DNA of 64,000 nt from Eledone cirrhosa (taxonomy: Eukaryota): positions 11,966,001 to 12,030,000 of the forward strand of contig OZ024765.1 of assembly GCA_964016885.1 (NCBI GenBank), in the 5' to 3' direction. The notes beneath the pieces are model-generated. The model had not been told where the DNA came from. It was given only the letters and a program-made list of their open reading frames with translations, and ran no database searches. The translations under genes were made by a program, and so were the position numbers. Positions 11,809-25,984 of the stretch are shown in pieces (position 1 is the stretch's first letter; each line of letters begins with the position of its first letter).

Positions 11809-11990
11809 ATATATGTAGGTATGTGTATATATCCGTATCGTTACTTTATACTTCTGCTGTATAATAAAGTTATATATATATATATATATATAACAAAGTC
11901 GGTGTGCTAAGATACCAGGTGGACCAAGATGCACCAGAGTACTCAATACTTAGGGTAGTAGAGTGGGTAACAGTTGGGGTCCTGACTTTT

Positions 11991-12069
<79 letters not shown>

Positions 12070-12077
12070 TATTTATT

Positions 12078-12198
12078 GGAAGGTGTGTGGCTGAGTGGTT
12101 AGAGAATTGGATTCGCAATCATGAAGTTGTGAGTTCAAATCCTGGACCAGGCGATGCATTATGTCCTTGGGCAAGACACTTTATTTCATGTAGCTCCT
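12078..12198 (+). mobile_element. tRNA-head + CORE-like SINE 5' fragment
   Basis: TGGCTGAGTGG A-box, GAGTTCAAATCC B-box, TGTCCTTGGGCAAGACACTT CORE motif. Confidence 0.75.
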
Positions 12199-12573
12199 TC
12201 TACCTGGAGTTGCGACCGATAGAGAGTATTAGCAATTAGAAAGACCAATGGAAACATCTTTTCCTCGGTCCAATTTGACAAAAAAAAATCGATCGACTGT
12301 CTATATATATATATCGATATTTATTGATTAATATCTATCAATCAGGTCCAGGTTTGTCTTTAACCTGATTGTATTTTTTGTTGTAGTATTAATGTAGCAA
12401 CATGCCTCTGGTCCCATGATTCATTGTGTCACTATTACCTAACTTCTTAGGTTCACTCTCAGGAGAAATCTTTTAATTACTTTATCATTGAGTGCTTTGT
12501 GAAAGTCTTCGAAAATCGGATGTGAATCTGCTACTTGCAGCTGCAACTTCGATGAGACTCATTACTATTACAC

Positions 12574-12627
<54 letters not shown>

Positions 12628-12675
12628 CCCTGCAACAGTGGAATAACAGATGTAAAATCGATGATGATGATGATG

Positions 12676-12716
<41 letters not shown>

Positions 12717-12845
12717 AGCACACACACACAAATATATATATATAGAGAGAGAGAGATTCATATACATATATACATACATGTACATATACATATATATATA
12801 TATAAACACACACAACATATATATGTGTGTTTAATATATATATAT

Positions 12846-13037
12846 AATTGTTTCTACTTTAGGCACAAGGCCAGCAATTAACCAGTGCATTACTGGTACT
12901 TTATTTTATCGACCCCGTAAGGATGAAAGGCAAAGTTAACCTCGGCGGGATTTGAACTCAGAATAGCAAGGGCCGTAACTCTATGCGTCAAAGCATGGCG
13001 TCCGACCCTCTACCGATACTGCCAATCCACCGCCCTT
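12846..13037 (-). mobile_element. Full-length SINE family A
   Basis: GGGCGGTGGATTGGCAGTATCGG...GAGTTCAAATCCCGCCGAGG...TAGAAACAATTAT; near-identical to 57235-57425. Confidence 0.9.
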
Positions 13038-13131
13038 ATATATAATGAAGCATTGTGAGATATGTAATTAAGAAAGTATAATCAAAGGTGGTACAAAGCA
13101 AATCAGAAATATGTATATATGTAAATATATA

Positions 13132-13177
<46 letters not shown>

Positions 13178-13384
13178 AATATATATATATAGTGAGAGAT
13201 TCATATACATACATATATATATATATATAATGAAGCATTGTGAGATATGTAATTACGAAAGTATAGTCAAAGGGGGTACCAAGCAAATCAGAAATATGTA
13301 TATATGTAAATATATATATGTATGTGGTGGGTTGGTATGTATGTATGTACATATATATAGTCAATTTAACCATTTAAAAAATTC

Positions 13385-13416
13385 CCCTCTGAAGATAGTC
13401 ACACTGGTGACCGAAA
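13385..13416 (+). ncRNA. 5' half of hammerhead ribozyme motif
   Basis: CCCT-CTGAAGA-TAGTCAC-ACTG-GTGACC-GAAA; no helix III/I partner downstream (truncated). Confidence 0.4.
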
Positions 13417-13735
13417 TCTCAGCAAAACACATTTACACGAATTGTATTTACATCCACATTCAATACAGACTGACTGTACAGGTTGTCAAAAAATACAAAG
13501 AGTAAAAATTTCAATAGAAAATACAATATATAAATCCGATTGGTGAATGTATTGCAGTTGTTTGATCAGCCATAAACATGTGGTGTTTCTTTTATGAGAT
13601 TCTGTAGTGTATCCTAATTATACTAAAAACATGACATATATACAGACATATATATATGTATATATATGTGTGTGTGTACTTGTGGGTTTTATTTTGATGT
13701 GTGCATGTATGTGTGCTTATGTGTGTGTATGTATG

Positions 13736-13774
<39 letters not shown>

Positions 13775-13864
13775 TTCTCTATGTGTGCATTAGTGTGTGT
13801 ATATATACATATATACACACATGTATAAGCACATATACATATTTTTTTCATTTTTAGATATACA

Positions 13865-13918
<54 letters not shown>

Positions 13919-14164
13919 TATAGACATACATATATGTATGTCTGTGTGTGTATATAGATATATATATAAATATATATACACACACACACAGATTCACTGA
14001 TATAGACATATATACGTTTGTATATGTGTATGTGTATATATATATATAGATATACATATATAAATACATGTACAGATATACACACACATATATATATACA
14101 TGCACACACATATATCTATCTATATGTTTGAAGGTATTTATACTACCAAATGAACACAAGCCAA

Positions 14165-14653
14165 TATATGTATATATGTTATAGCATATATATACATATA
14201 TGTTATAGTATATATATATGTATGTTATAGTATATATATATGTTATAGTATATATATATATATATGTTATAGTATATATATATATGTTATAGTATATATA
14301 TATATGTTATAGAATATATATATTTGTTATAGTATATATATATATATATATGTTATAGTATATATATATATATGTTATAGTATATATATATATGTTATAG
14401 TATATATATATATGTTATAGAATATATATATTTGTTATAGTATATATATATATATATATGTTATAGTATATATATATATATGTTATAGTATATATATATA
14501 TGTTATAGTATATATATATATGTTATAGAATATATATATTTGTTATAGTATATATATATATATATATGTTATAGTATATATATATATATGTTATAGTATA
14601 TATATATATGTTATAGAATATATATATATGTTATAGTATATATATATGTTATA

Positions 14654-14690
<37 letters not shown>

Positions 14691-15302
14691 ATAGTATATA
14701 TATATGTTATAGTATATATATATATGTCATAGTATATATATATATATATATGTTATAGTATATATATATGTTATAGTATATATATGTTATAGTATATATA
14801 TATGTTATAGTATATATATATATGTTATAGTATATATATGTTATAGTATATATATATGTTATAGTATATATATATATATGTTATAGTATATATATATGTT
14901 ATAGTATATATATATATATATATGTTATAGTATATATATATATATGTTATAGTATATATATATATGTTATAGAATATATATGTTATAGTATATATATATA
15001 TGTTATAGTATATATATATATATATATATGTTATAGTATATATATATATATGTTATAGTATATATATATATATGTTATAGTATATATATATATATATGTT
15101 TACCGTCTAACCCATGCTAGCGTGGAAGAACGGACGTAAAACGGTGATGATGATGTTATAGTATATATATATGTTATAGTATATATATGTTATAGTATAT
15201 ATATATGTTATAGTATATATATATATATATATATGTTATAGTATATATATATATATGTTATAGTATATATATATGTTATAGTATATATATATATATATTA
15301 TA
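14165..15302. repeat. Compound microsatellite (TA)nTGTTATAG with a 55-bp retroelement 3' tail inserted at 15100-15154
   Basis: Direct. Confidence 0.9.
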
Positions 15303-15354
15303 GTGTATGATATTGATTCACATTGGTGGCTTTACATTTAAAGCTATAAACACT

Positions 15355-16205
15355 GCCACCATCACCATCACAGTCACCACTGCCACCATCACCATCATCA
15401 CCGTCACAACCAACACCATCACCACACCCACCACCATCCCCACTATTATCATCATAGCCACCACCGCCATCATCGCAGCTACAACCATCATCATCACAGC
15501 CACCACCACCACCACCATCATCACAGCCACCACCACCACCATCACAGCCACCACCACCACCATCATCATCACAGCCACCACCACCACCATCATCACAGCC
15601 ACCACCACCACCATCAGCACAGCCACGACCTCATCACAGCCACCACCACCATCATCATCACAGCCACGACCTCATCACAGCCACCACCACCACCACCACC
15701 ATCATCATAGCCACCACCACCATCACCATCATCACCATCCTCGCAGCCATGACCTCATCACAGCCACCACCACCACCATCATCACAGCCACCACCACCAT
15801 CACCATCATCACCATCCTCACAGCCACGACCTCATCACAGCCACCACCACCACCATCATCACAGCCACCACCACCACCATCACCATCACAACCACCACCA
15901 CCACCATCATCATCACCATCACATCCATGACCTCATCACAGCCACGACCTCATCACAGCCACCACCACCACCACCATCATCATCATAGCCACCACCACCA
16001 CCATCATCATAGCCACCACCACCATCACAACCATCACCATCATCACCATCCTCACAGCCACAACCATCATCACCACAGCCACCACTGCCATCATCATCAT
16101 TATAACACTCATCACCATCGCCATCATCATCATCATTATTATCAACATCGTCACAGTGATAACCATCATCATCACAATCACCACTACAGCTACCATCACT
16201 AGCAC
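15355..16205. repeat. (CAC/CAT)n low-complexity repeat
   Basis: Direct. Confidence 0.9.
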
Positions 16206-16244
16206 CACACATAAACATGTAAAAGAGTAAGGATAGTACTTATA

Positions 16245-16441
16245 TAGAGAGATAGACTGATAGACACACACATATATATATATATATAGAGAGAGAGAGG
16301 GAGATAGATAGATAGATATATATATAGAGAGAGAGGGAGATAGATAGATAGATAGATACACAGATATATATATATAGAGATAGATAGATAGATAGATAGA
16401 GATAGATATATATATAAAAAGAGAGAGAGGGAGATAGATAG

Positions 16442-16494
<53 letters not shown>

Positions 16495-16749
16495 TAGATA
16501 GATACACAGATATATATATATATATAGAGAGAGAGAGAGGGAGATAGATAGATACACAGATATATATATATAGAGAGAGAGGGAGATAGATAGATAGATA
16601 CACAGATATATATATATAGAGAGAGAGGGAGGGAGATAGATAGATAGATAGATACACAGATATATATATAGAGAGAGAGAGAGGGAGATAGATAGATAGA
16701 TACACAGATATATATATATAGAGAGAGAGATAGACTGATAGATACACAG

Positions 16750-16783
<34 letters not shown>

Positions 16784-16990
16784 GGAGGGGGAGATAGATA
16801 GATGGATAGATAGATATATATATATAGAGGGAGATAGATAGATACACAGATATATATAGAGAGAGAGATAGATAATAGATACCCAGATATATATATATAT
16901 AGAGAGAGAGAGGGAGGGGGAGATAGATAGATAGATACACAGATATATATATAGAGAGAGAGGGAGAGAGAGAGATAGATAGATACACAG

Positions 16991-17022
<32 letters not shown>

Positions 17023-17292
17023 GGAGATAGATAGATACACAGATATATATATATATAGAGAGGGAGATAGATAGATAGATAGATACACAGATATATATAT
17101 AGAGAGAGAGGGAGAGGGAGATAGATAGATAGATACACAGATATATATATATATAGAGAGAGATAGACTGATAGATACACAGATATATATATATATATAG
17201 AGAGAGAGAGAGGGAGGGGGAGATAGATAGATGGATAGATATATATATATATATAGAGAGAGAGAGAGGGGGAGATAGATAGATAGATACCC

Positions 17293-17344
<52 letters not shown>
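16245..17344. repeat. (AGAT)/(AG)/(AT) compound microsatellite with ~60-bp higher-order unit
   Basis: GATAGATACACAGATATATA recurs regularly. Confidence 0.9.
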
Positions 17345-17347
<3 letters not shown>

Positions 17348-17702
17348 TAAATGGATGGATGGATGGACACATAGATCGATGGACATATAGATAAGATGGC
17401 TCTCAGCCATCTTATCTATTTGTTAGAGGAAAAGCATTCCCATGCAAACTATAATAAAACTTTTATGGCCAATACAGAGACATGCTTCGAAACCTAAGGT
17501 AGCAATTAACTATGTCGAGCAAATATTTACATGTTCATCAATATCACACATATATGTATCTATGTATATACACACTGAGACAAAGCATATATATAGAAAC
17601 ATATGTGTGTACGTGTGTGTGTGTGTATGTATATATATATATATATGTTATATATATGTTATATATATATATAATATATATAGAGAGATTTATATATATA
17701 CA

Positions 17703-17813
17703 CAGGGTGTCCCAAAATGTATACACACTTCAGAGCAACATCAAAGTATGTATAATGAAAAGTATGTATACATTTATACTAATCAAATAATGTATACATT
17801 TTTTGGAACACCC

Positions 17814-17815
<2 letters not shown>
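17703..17815. mobile_element. Tc1/mariner-like MITE
   Basis: TIRs CAGGGTGTCCCAAAATGTATACA / TGTATACATTTTTTGGAACACCCT in TA context. Confidence 0.7.
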
Positions 17816-17853
<38 letters not shown>

Positions 17854-17983
17854 TATTTAATTATTTATATATATATATGTGTGTGTGTGTTTATCCCGGG
17901 TTCAATCGGGAGTGACCACAAGGCTTTCCTGATGATTTCTTCCAAATGAAACAGTTCTAGTCATGTAGAAGCCATTTCTATAG

Positions 17984-18017
<34 letters not shown>

Positions 18018-18361
18018 TTCATTTCATTTTCATTTCATTTTACGTTCACTTTTCCCTGCTTGCAAGGGTGGGACGGGAACTGATTCTGGCTTGATTTCTA
18101 CAGCTGGATGCCCTTCCTAACACCAACCTCATTTACAGTGAGTGCTGGGTGCTTTTTTGCCGTGGCACCTGCACGACCACTTTGCAGTGGAATGATAGGG
18201 ACCCCACTCCATATCATCTCATTTCTACAGCTGAGTAAACTGGAGCAATGTGAAATAAAGTGTCTTGCTCAAGGAAACAACACATCACCCGGTGAACTCA
18301 ATTGAACTCACAACCTTTCGATTGCAAGGCCAATGCTCTAACCATTAAGCCATGTGCCTCC
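18018..18361 (-). mobile_element. Full tRNA-CORE SINE family B with RTE-derived 3' tail
   Basis: GGAGGCACATGGCTTAATGG head, CCTTGAGCAAGACACTT CORE, GGTGTTAGGAAGGGCATCCAG, tail CCCGTCCCACCCTTGCAAGCAGGGAAAAG; second copy 42255-42580. Confidence 0.85.
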
Positions 18362-18368
18362 ATTATAT

Positions 18369-18561
18369 ATATTTATTAAAATAACAGATTAAAGTTGAAG
18401 CAAAGAATTGCTGCTTCAGAAGATCCCGTTAAGGGTGAAAGCAGCGATTCTTTGCTTAAACTTTAATCTGTTATTTTAATAAATATTTGCACTACAGTTC
18501 TTATATATTTGATATATATTTATCCGTATCGAGCCCTCTTTGGATTTTAGTCTTCAAATTT

Positions 18562-18575
<14 letters not shown>
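18369..18575 (+). mobile_element. Hairpin element in (TA)n with hammerhead-like loop
   Basis: ~50-bp inverted arms 18369-18418/18436-18486; CAGAAGA-TCCC...GGGT-GAAA; homologous to 45386-45645. Confidence 0.65.
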
Positions 18576-18625
<50 letters not shown>

Positions 18626-18701
18626 AATGGAAGGTTAGTAAAATTGACGATACAATTAGGTTTGTGCAAAGCACTCGATAAGGGTGCATCGCCTTAGAGC
18701 A

Positions 18702-18738
<37 letters not shown>

Positions 18739-19154
18739 GACACACAGAGGGGCAGTGAGGAGCTGAGTGAGCAATACAAACAAACACACTGCAAAATACT
18801 AAAATCCCCCACCCACCCCCACCACCACTACCACCAAACCCCCCACACACAAACACCAGAAAAACAACAACATTATATATAAACAAATTTTCATTTGAAC
18901 TCCAGTTATAATTGTGGCAACAGCGCTAAGTATGTGGTATGATGGAGGGTAAGGGAGGTAACTTTGGGGCAGTATATACCCAATATTTGGCATTTTACCG
19001 AAATATTAAAAGGAACAGCTTTATCTAATTAGCTTCTAATGCAGTGGCCAAAGATAATGCTATCTTTTTTATGAAGGAAAATAGAGCAAAATAAAACAGT
19101 ATTATTGTTGATTCTTTGATTAGAAACCAATAATAAGTGTTGCCTTTTCTCTCT

Positions 19155-19202
19155 CTGAGTGTATGTGTGTATTTGTATGAGTGTATGTATCTGTGTGTGT
19201 AG

Positions 19203-19233
<31 letters not shown>

Positions 19234-19689
19234 GGTGTGTTTGTTTGTATGTGTCTGTATTTGTATGAGTATGTATGTGTGTGTGTAGATATATATATAT
19301 ATATGTGTGTGTTTTTGTTTGTGTGTGTCTGTATTTGTATGAGTATGTATGTGTGTGTGTAGATATAGATATATATATGTGTGCGTTTTTGTTTGTGTGT
19401 CTGTATTTGTATGAGTATGTATCTGTGTGTGTAGATATATATATATATATATATATGTATATGTGTGTGTGCGTGTATGTGTTTTTGTTTGTGTGTGTCT
19501 GTATTTGTATGAGTATGTATCTGTGTGTGTATATATATATATGTATATGTGTGTGTGTGCGTGTGTGTGTGTGTCTGTGTTTGTATGAGTATGTATCTGT
19601 GTGTGTGTAGATATATATATATGTGTATATGTGTGTGTGCGTGTGTGTGTTTGTGTGTGCCTGTATTTGTATGAGTATGTATGCGTGTG

Positions 19690-19720
<31 letters not shown>

Positions 19721-19937
19721 TTTTGTTTGTGTGTGTCTGTATTTGTATGAGTGTGTATCTGTGTGTGTAGATATATATATATATATGTGTATATGTGTGT
19801 GTGCGTGTTTTTGTTTGTGTGTGTCTGTATGAGTATGTATCTGTGTGTGTAGATATATATATATATATATATGTATATGTGTGTGTGCGTGTGTTTGTTT
19901 GTGTGTGTCTGTATTTGTATGAGTATGTATGCGTGTG

Positions 19938-19968
<31 letters not shown>

Positions 19969-20200
19969 TTTTGTTTGTGTGTGTCTGTATTTGTATGAGT
20001 GTGTATCTGTGTGTGTAGATATATATATATATATGTGTATATGTGTGTGTGCGTGTTTTTGTTTGTGTGTGTCTGTATGAGTATGTATCTGTGTGTGTAG
20101 ATATATATATATATGTGTGTGTTTGTGTTTGTGTTTGTGTGTGTCTGTATTTGTATGAGTATGTATCTGTGTGTGTATCTGTGTGTGTGTGTATATATGT
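19155..20200. repeat. (TG)/(TA) compound satellite with a 248-bp duplication
   Basis: Near-identical ORF-track peptides at 19623 and 19871 (offset 248). Confidence 0.85.
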
Positions 20201-20425
20201 ATATATTTATATCAATATAGATATGCATCATTTGTTTTGTTTGTGTATCTGAATGTGGATATATATGTACATATTTATGTATACACATATATATATATAT
20301 ATATATATATATGTATACTTATATATATATATATATATATTTATTATAACAACTTTGCTTTTATATATATATACACACGCTTGTGTGTGGGTGTGTGTGT
20401 GTGTGTGAATATATGTAAATATATA

Positions 20426-20655
20426 CAGGGTGTTTAAAAAAAATTAATATCATTGGAGATTATAATATCATTTGAGATGTAAATATCCCAGAAACTACAG
20501 GGTCTAGGACAACGAGACTAAGGAGGCTCCATGTTGAGTAACACAAGATTTATTCTTCAAAACATGTCCACATTATAACATTAATTGACAATATATATTT
20601 CAATGTGACAACCTTGGGAAGAGGCCATTGACATCAAATTTTTTGAAACACCCAA
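20426..20655. mobile_element. Tc1/mariner-like MITE
   Basis: TA|CAGGGTGTTTAAAAAAAATT ... AATTTTTTGAAACACCC. Confidence 0.6.
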
Positions 20656-20660
20656 TATAT

Positions 20661-21402
20661 ACTAGCCGAATTACCCGCGCCTTGCTACGTTTCACACCTT
20701 TTTTTTGTAAAAAAATGATGATTGATTTTAAATGAGTGATATAATTTATGGAGAAAAACTCTGCATTTCAATATTACTCAATGTAAAATGTAATGCATAA
20801 AAAATTGGAAAACATTTTTTGTAATATATCAAATCAAAATTACATTATTAAAAAAAAAATGTGGCCGTGTAGGCAACACGGTAAAAACCTCCCAGTCCCA
20901 CACTGTAAATGTGGTTGGTGTTAGGAAGGGCATCCAGCTGTAGAAAACACGCCAGACAGTCCATGCTGTAATGTGGCCGTGTAGGCAACACGGTAAAAAC
21001 CTCCCAGCCCCACACTGTAAATGTGGTTGCTGTTAGAAAGGGCATCCAGCTGTAGAAAACCCGCCAGACAGTCCTATGCAAGCAAGACAACCACTCTTGC
21101 CTCAAGTGGGAAAACCCCCGTCCAAACCCATGCAAGCGTGGAACAGGGATGTTAAACGATGATGATGATGATGATGATGAAATCTTATTCTTATTTTGTT
21201 TCTTGTAAATAATTTTTTTCAAAATATCAATTCAAAACTTTTGTGAATAGGCATCATATCTTGTCATTTACCTATGGTTTAAATTTCATATAAATCGAAG
21301 GGAAAACTTTTTCAGCTGGGATTTGTGCTCTCAGCGAACCCTTTGATTAAAATGAAATATACTTATCCAAGTACCCTGGGCAATGTAGTTTCAGAATATA
21401 TA
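20661..21402 (-). mobile_element. Helitron-like non-autonomous element with nested retroelement (20860-21180)
   Basis: Minus-strand end ...GCAAGGCGCGGGTAATTCGGCTAG|T resembles a Helitron 3' CTAG terminus; far boundary uncertain. Confidence 0.4.
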
Positions 21403-21579
21403 TGGTTATGGGGGTCTATCTCCCAAACCATAGGAGGAGTTCATGGCATTTGAACTCAAAATGTGAAAACCAGGCGGAACAAATGCCACAAAGTATTTTA
21501 AAACAAAGCACTACTGATTCTACGACTACTAAATCACCCTTCCTAAACATACAGCTCAGTCAACTAACACTGCAAAAGG

Positions 21580-23205
21580 TCAAGAGATGGTTATAGGTGA
21601 AAGTAGTCAAGAGATGGTTATAGGTGAAAGTAGTCAAGAGATGGTAATAGGTGAAAGTAGTCAAGAGATGGTTATAGGTGAAAGTAATCAAGAGATGGTT
21701 ATAGGTGAAAGTAGTCAAGAGATGGTTATAGGTGAAAGTAATCAAGAGATGGTTATAGGTGAAAGTAGTCAAGAGATGGTTATAGGTGAAAGTAATCAAG
21801 AGATGGTAATAGGTGAAAGTAATCAAGAGATGGTTATAGGTGAAAGTAATCAAGAGATGGTTATAGGTGAAAGTAATCAAGAGATGGTTATAGGTGAAAG
21901 TAGTTAAGAGATGGTTATGGGTGAAAATAATCAAGAGATGGTTATAGGTGAAAGTAGTCAAGAGATGGTTATGGGTGAAAGTAATCAAGAGATGGTTATA
22001 GGTGAAAGTAGTCAAAAGATGGTTATAGGTGAAAGTAATCAAGAGATGGTTATAGGTGAAAGTAATCAAGAGATGGTTATAGGTGAAAGTAGTCAAGAGA
22101 TGGTTATAGGTGAAAGTAATCAAGAGATGGTAATAGGTGAAAGTAATCAAGAGATGGTTATAGGTGAAAGTAATCAAGAGATGGTTATAGGTGAAAGTAA
22201 TCAAGAGATGGTAATAGGTGAAAGTAATCAAGAGATGGTTATAGGTGAAAGTAATCAAGAGATGGTAATAGGTGAAAGTAATCAAGAGATGGTAATAGGT
22301 GAAAGTAATCAAGAGATGGTAATAGGTGAAAGTAATCAAGAGATGGTAATAGGTGAAAGTAATCAAGAGATGGTAATAGGTGAAAGTAATCAAGAGATGG
22401 TTATAGGTGAAAGTAATCAAGAGATGGTTATAGGTGAAAGTAATCAAGAGATGGTTATAGGTGAAAGTAATCAAGAGATGGTAATAGGTGAAAGTAATCA
22501 AGAGATGGTAATAGGTGAAAGTAATCAAGAGATGGTAATAGGTGAAAGTAATCAAGAGATGGTTATAGGTGAAAGTAATCAAGAGATGGTTATAGGTGAA
22601 AGTAATCAAGAGATGGTAATAGGTGAAAGTAATCAAGAGATGGTAATAGGTGAAAGTAATCAAGAGATGGTAATAGGTGAAAGTAATCAAGAGATGGTAA
22701 TAGGTGAAAGTAATCAAGAGATGGTAATAGGTGAAAGTAATCAAGAGATGGTTATAGGTGAAAGTAATCAAGAGATGGTTATAGGTGAAAGTAATCAAGA
22801 GATGGTTATAGGTGAAAGTAATCAAGAGATGGTAATAGGTGAAAGTAATCAAGAGATGGTAATAGGTGAAAGTAATCAAGAGATGGTAATAGGTGAAAGT
22901 AATCAAGAGATGGTTATAGGTGAAAGTAGTCAAGAGATGGTTATAGGTGAAAGTAATCAAGAGATGGTTATAGGTGAAAGTAATCAAGAGATGGTAATAG
23001 GTGAAAGTAATCAAGAGATGGTTATAGGTGAAAGTAGTCAAGAGATGGTTATAGGTGAAAGTAGTCAAGAGATGGTTATAGGTGAAAGTAGTCAAGAGAT
23101 GGTTATAGGTGAAAGTAGTCAAGAGATGGTTATAGGTGAAAGTAATCAAGAGATGGTTATAGGTGAAAGTAATCAAGAGATGGTTATAGGTGAAAGTAGT
23201 CAAAA
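21580..23205. repeat. 24-bp minisatellite, ~67 copies
   Basis: Unit CAAGAGATGGT(T/A)ATAGGTGAAAGTA(A/G)T. Confidence 0.97.
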
Positions 23206-23404
23206 GAAGGGGAGAGAGTCTGAATAAATGAGGATAGAAGTTATTTTGTAACAGGGGTTATTATCAAGGCTAAGGAATTGGAGAAGAATAGGACTATTGG
23301 GATTTAATTAAATGCAATTAATCAAGTGGAAAAAGGGATAAAGACAAATACAATATATTATTTTATATGCTGGAGCACTACCTTATACCAGTTGACACAT
23401 CAAT

Positions 23405-23578
23405 ATTGGTAGATGGTCAGACGCCATACTTTGCAGCAAAGAGTTACGACCTTTTATGGTCTGACTTCAAATCCCGCCGAGGTTAACTTTGCCTTTCGTC
23501 CTTACGGGGTCAATAAAATAAAGTACCAGTAATGCACTGGGTAATTTTGCTGGCCTTGTGCCAAAAGTAGAAACAAAT
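23405..23578 (+). mobile_element. SINE family A
   Basis: Family A body and tail. Confidence 0.85.
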
Positions 23579-23592
23579 ATATACACATGCAG

Positions 23593-23682
<90 letters not shown>

Positions 23683-23884
23683 GTAGGAGGTGAGTTTTAT
23701 TGTAGTACAATAAAGCAATGCAGATATCGGATTTAAAACTGCACTATCCACAAGTGTTTTTTAACCTTCATATCATGTCTTCCTGTTTTATCTGATGAAA
23801 ACACAAATGTTATTGCATGATGATATTTGTTTTTGAAATGCGCATAATAAAATACATGGAACTCTTTTAACCATCTTTTGATCT

Positions 23885-23943
<59 letters not shown>

Positions 23944-24208
23944 TTTTTAATGATCAACTTTCGTCAAATCGGACCAAGGAAACAATGTTTCCATTGGTCT
24001 TTCCAATTGCTAATACTATCTATCGGCCGCAACTCCATATATATATATGCATATGTATATATATATATATACACACACATTAATATAATATAATATATAT
24101 ATATATATACACACACAATTTCTTATAAAAAACTTTCTTATATTAACATTCTATCTTACTATTCTTACTTATTGATTTTATACTATCATATCTAGTAGTA
24201 GTAGTAGC

Positions 24209-24249
<41 letters not shown>

Positions 24250-24250
24250 C

Positions 24251-24287
<37 letters not shown>

Positions 24288-24317
24288 TTAAGTTCATTCA
24301 TTTTGCCATTACATTTC

Positions 24318-24972
24318 TATATATATATATACACACACACATATATATACACACACATATATACACACACATATATACACATATATACACACATATATAC
24401 ACACACACATATATACACACACACATATATACACAGATATATATACACACACATATATACACACATATATATACACACATATATACATACACATATATAC
24501 ACACATATATACACACACATATATACACAGACATATATACACACATATATACACACACATATATACACACACACACATATATACACACACATATATACAC
24601 ACACATATATACACACACACATATATACACAGATATATATACACACACATATATACACACATATATACACACACATATATACATACACATATATACACAC
24701 ATATATACACACACATATATACACAGACATATATACACAGACATATATACACACATATATACACACACATATATACACACACACATATATATACACACAT
24801 ATACACACACATATATACACATATATATATACACAGATATATATACACACAGATATATAAATACACATATATACACACACACACATATACACACACATAT
24901 ATATACACACACATATACACACACACACATATATACACAGATATATATACACACATATATATATACACACAT
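24318..24972. repeat. (CA)/(TA) compound microsatellite
   Basis: Direct. Confidence 0.95.
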
Positions 24973-25104
24973 TATGTAGTATATTTCAACATCTACTTTG
25001 AAGTATTCAGTTCAAACCTAGCTAAAGACATATTTGCAGTTCATCCTTTCAAGGTCAATAAAAATATGTACCACTCTAGTCCAGTTCTGAGGTCAATTCC
25101 TCTA

Positions 25105-25800
25105 GCCCCCTCTCTCTCTCACTCTACCTCCCTCTCTCACTCTGTCTCTCTACCTCCCTCTCTCACTCTGTCTCTCTACCTCTGTCTCTACCTCCCTCTC
25201 TCACTCTGTCTCTCTACCACCCTCTCTATCTCTGTCTCTCTACCTCCCTCTCTCTCTCTGTCTCTCTACCTCCCTCTCCCACTCTGTCTCTCTGTCTCCC
25301 TCTCTCACTGTCTCTCTACCACCCTCTCTATCTCTGTCTCTCTACCTCACTCTCTCACTCCCTCTCTCTCTCTGTCTCTCTACCTCCCTCTCTCTCTCTG
25401 TCTCTCTACCACCCTCTCTTTCCCTCCCTCTCTGTCTGTGTGTTTGTCTCTCTCTCTCTCTTCCTCCCCCTCTCTCTGTTTCTCTACCTCCTTCTCTCTT
25501 TCCCTCCCTCTCTCTCCGTCTGTGTGTCTCTCTCTCTCTTCCTCCCCTTCTCTCTGTTTCTCTACCTCATTCTCTCTTTCCCTCCCTCTCTCTCTGTCAC
25601 TCCATCTCCCTTCTCTCTCTCTCTCCCTCCCCCTCTCTCATTCTCTGTCTCCCTCTCTCTCTGCCTGTCTCTAAACCTCCCCCCTCTCTCTGTCTCCATA
25701 CCTCCCTCTCTCACTCCCTCCCCCCCTCTCTCTCTGCATGTCTGTCAACCTGTCTGTCTGTCTCTCTCTCCCTCTCTATCACTACCTATTACTCCTTCTC
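25105..25800. repeat. (CT)n-rich tract expanded inside a SINE family A-related element
   Basis: Flanked by TTCATCCTTTCAAGGTCAATAAAA upstream and CTGGGGAAGAG...CAGGAGTTACAGG downstream, as in copies at 42590-42905 and 53260-53570. Confidence 0.7.
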
Positions 25801-25984
25801 TGGAAGCACTCCTCTGTGTTCAGACCTGGGGAAGAGATGGGGTCTGCCAGGTTCTGCCATCTTTAAAATGCCCAACTCAAGCCATATGTCATGAACTCAT
25901 CTCTCTGACTCCATCAGGAGTTACAGGTTCATACATAGAAACATAGAAACAATAGATTTCTTACTAGCTGTTCTTCTCTACACA

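Noticed and set aside
21560-23227. 547-aa and 438-aa ORFs
   Set aside because: 24-bp tandem repeat without stops; no splice or domain evidence
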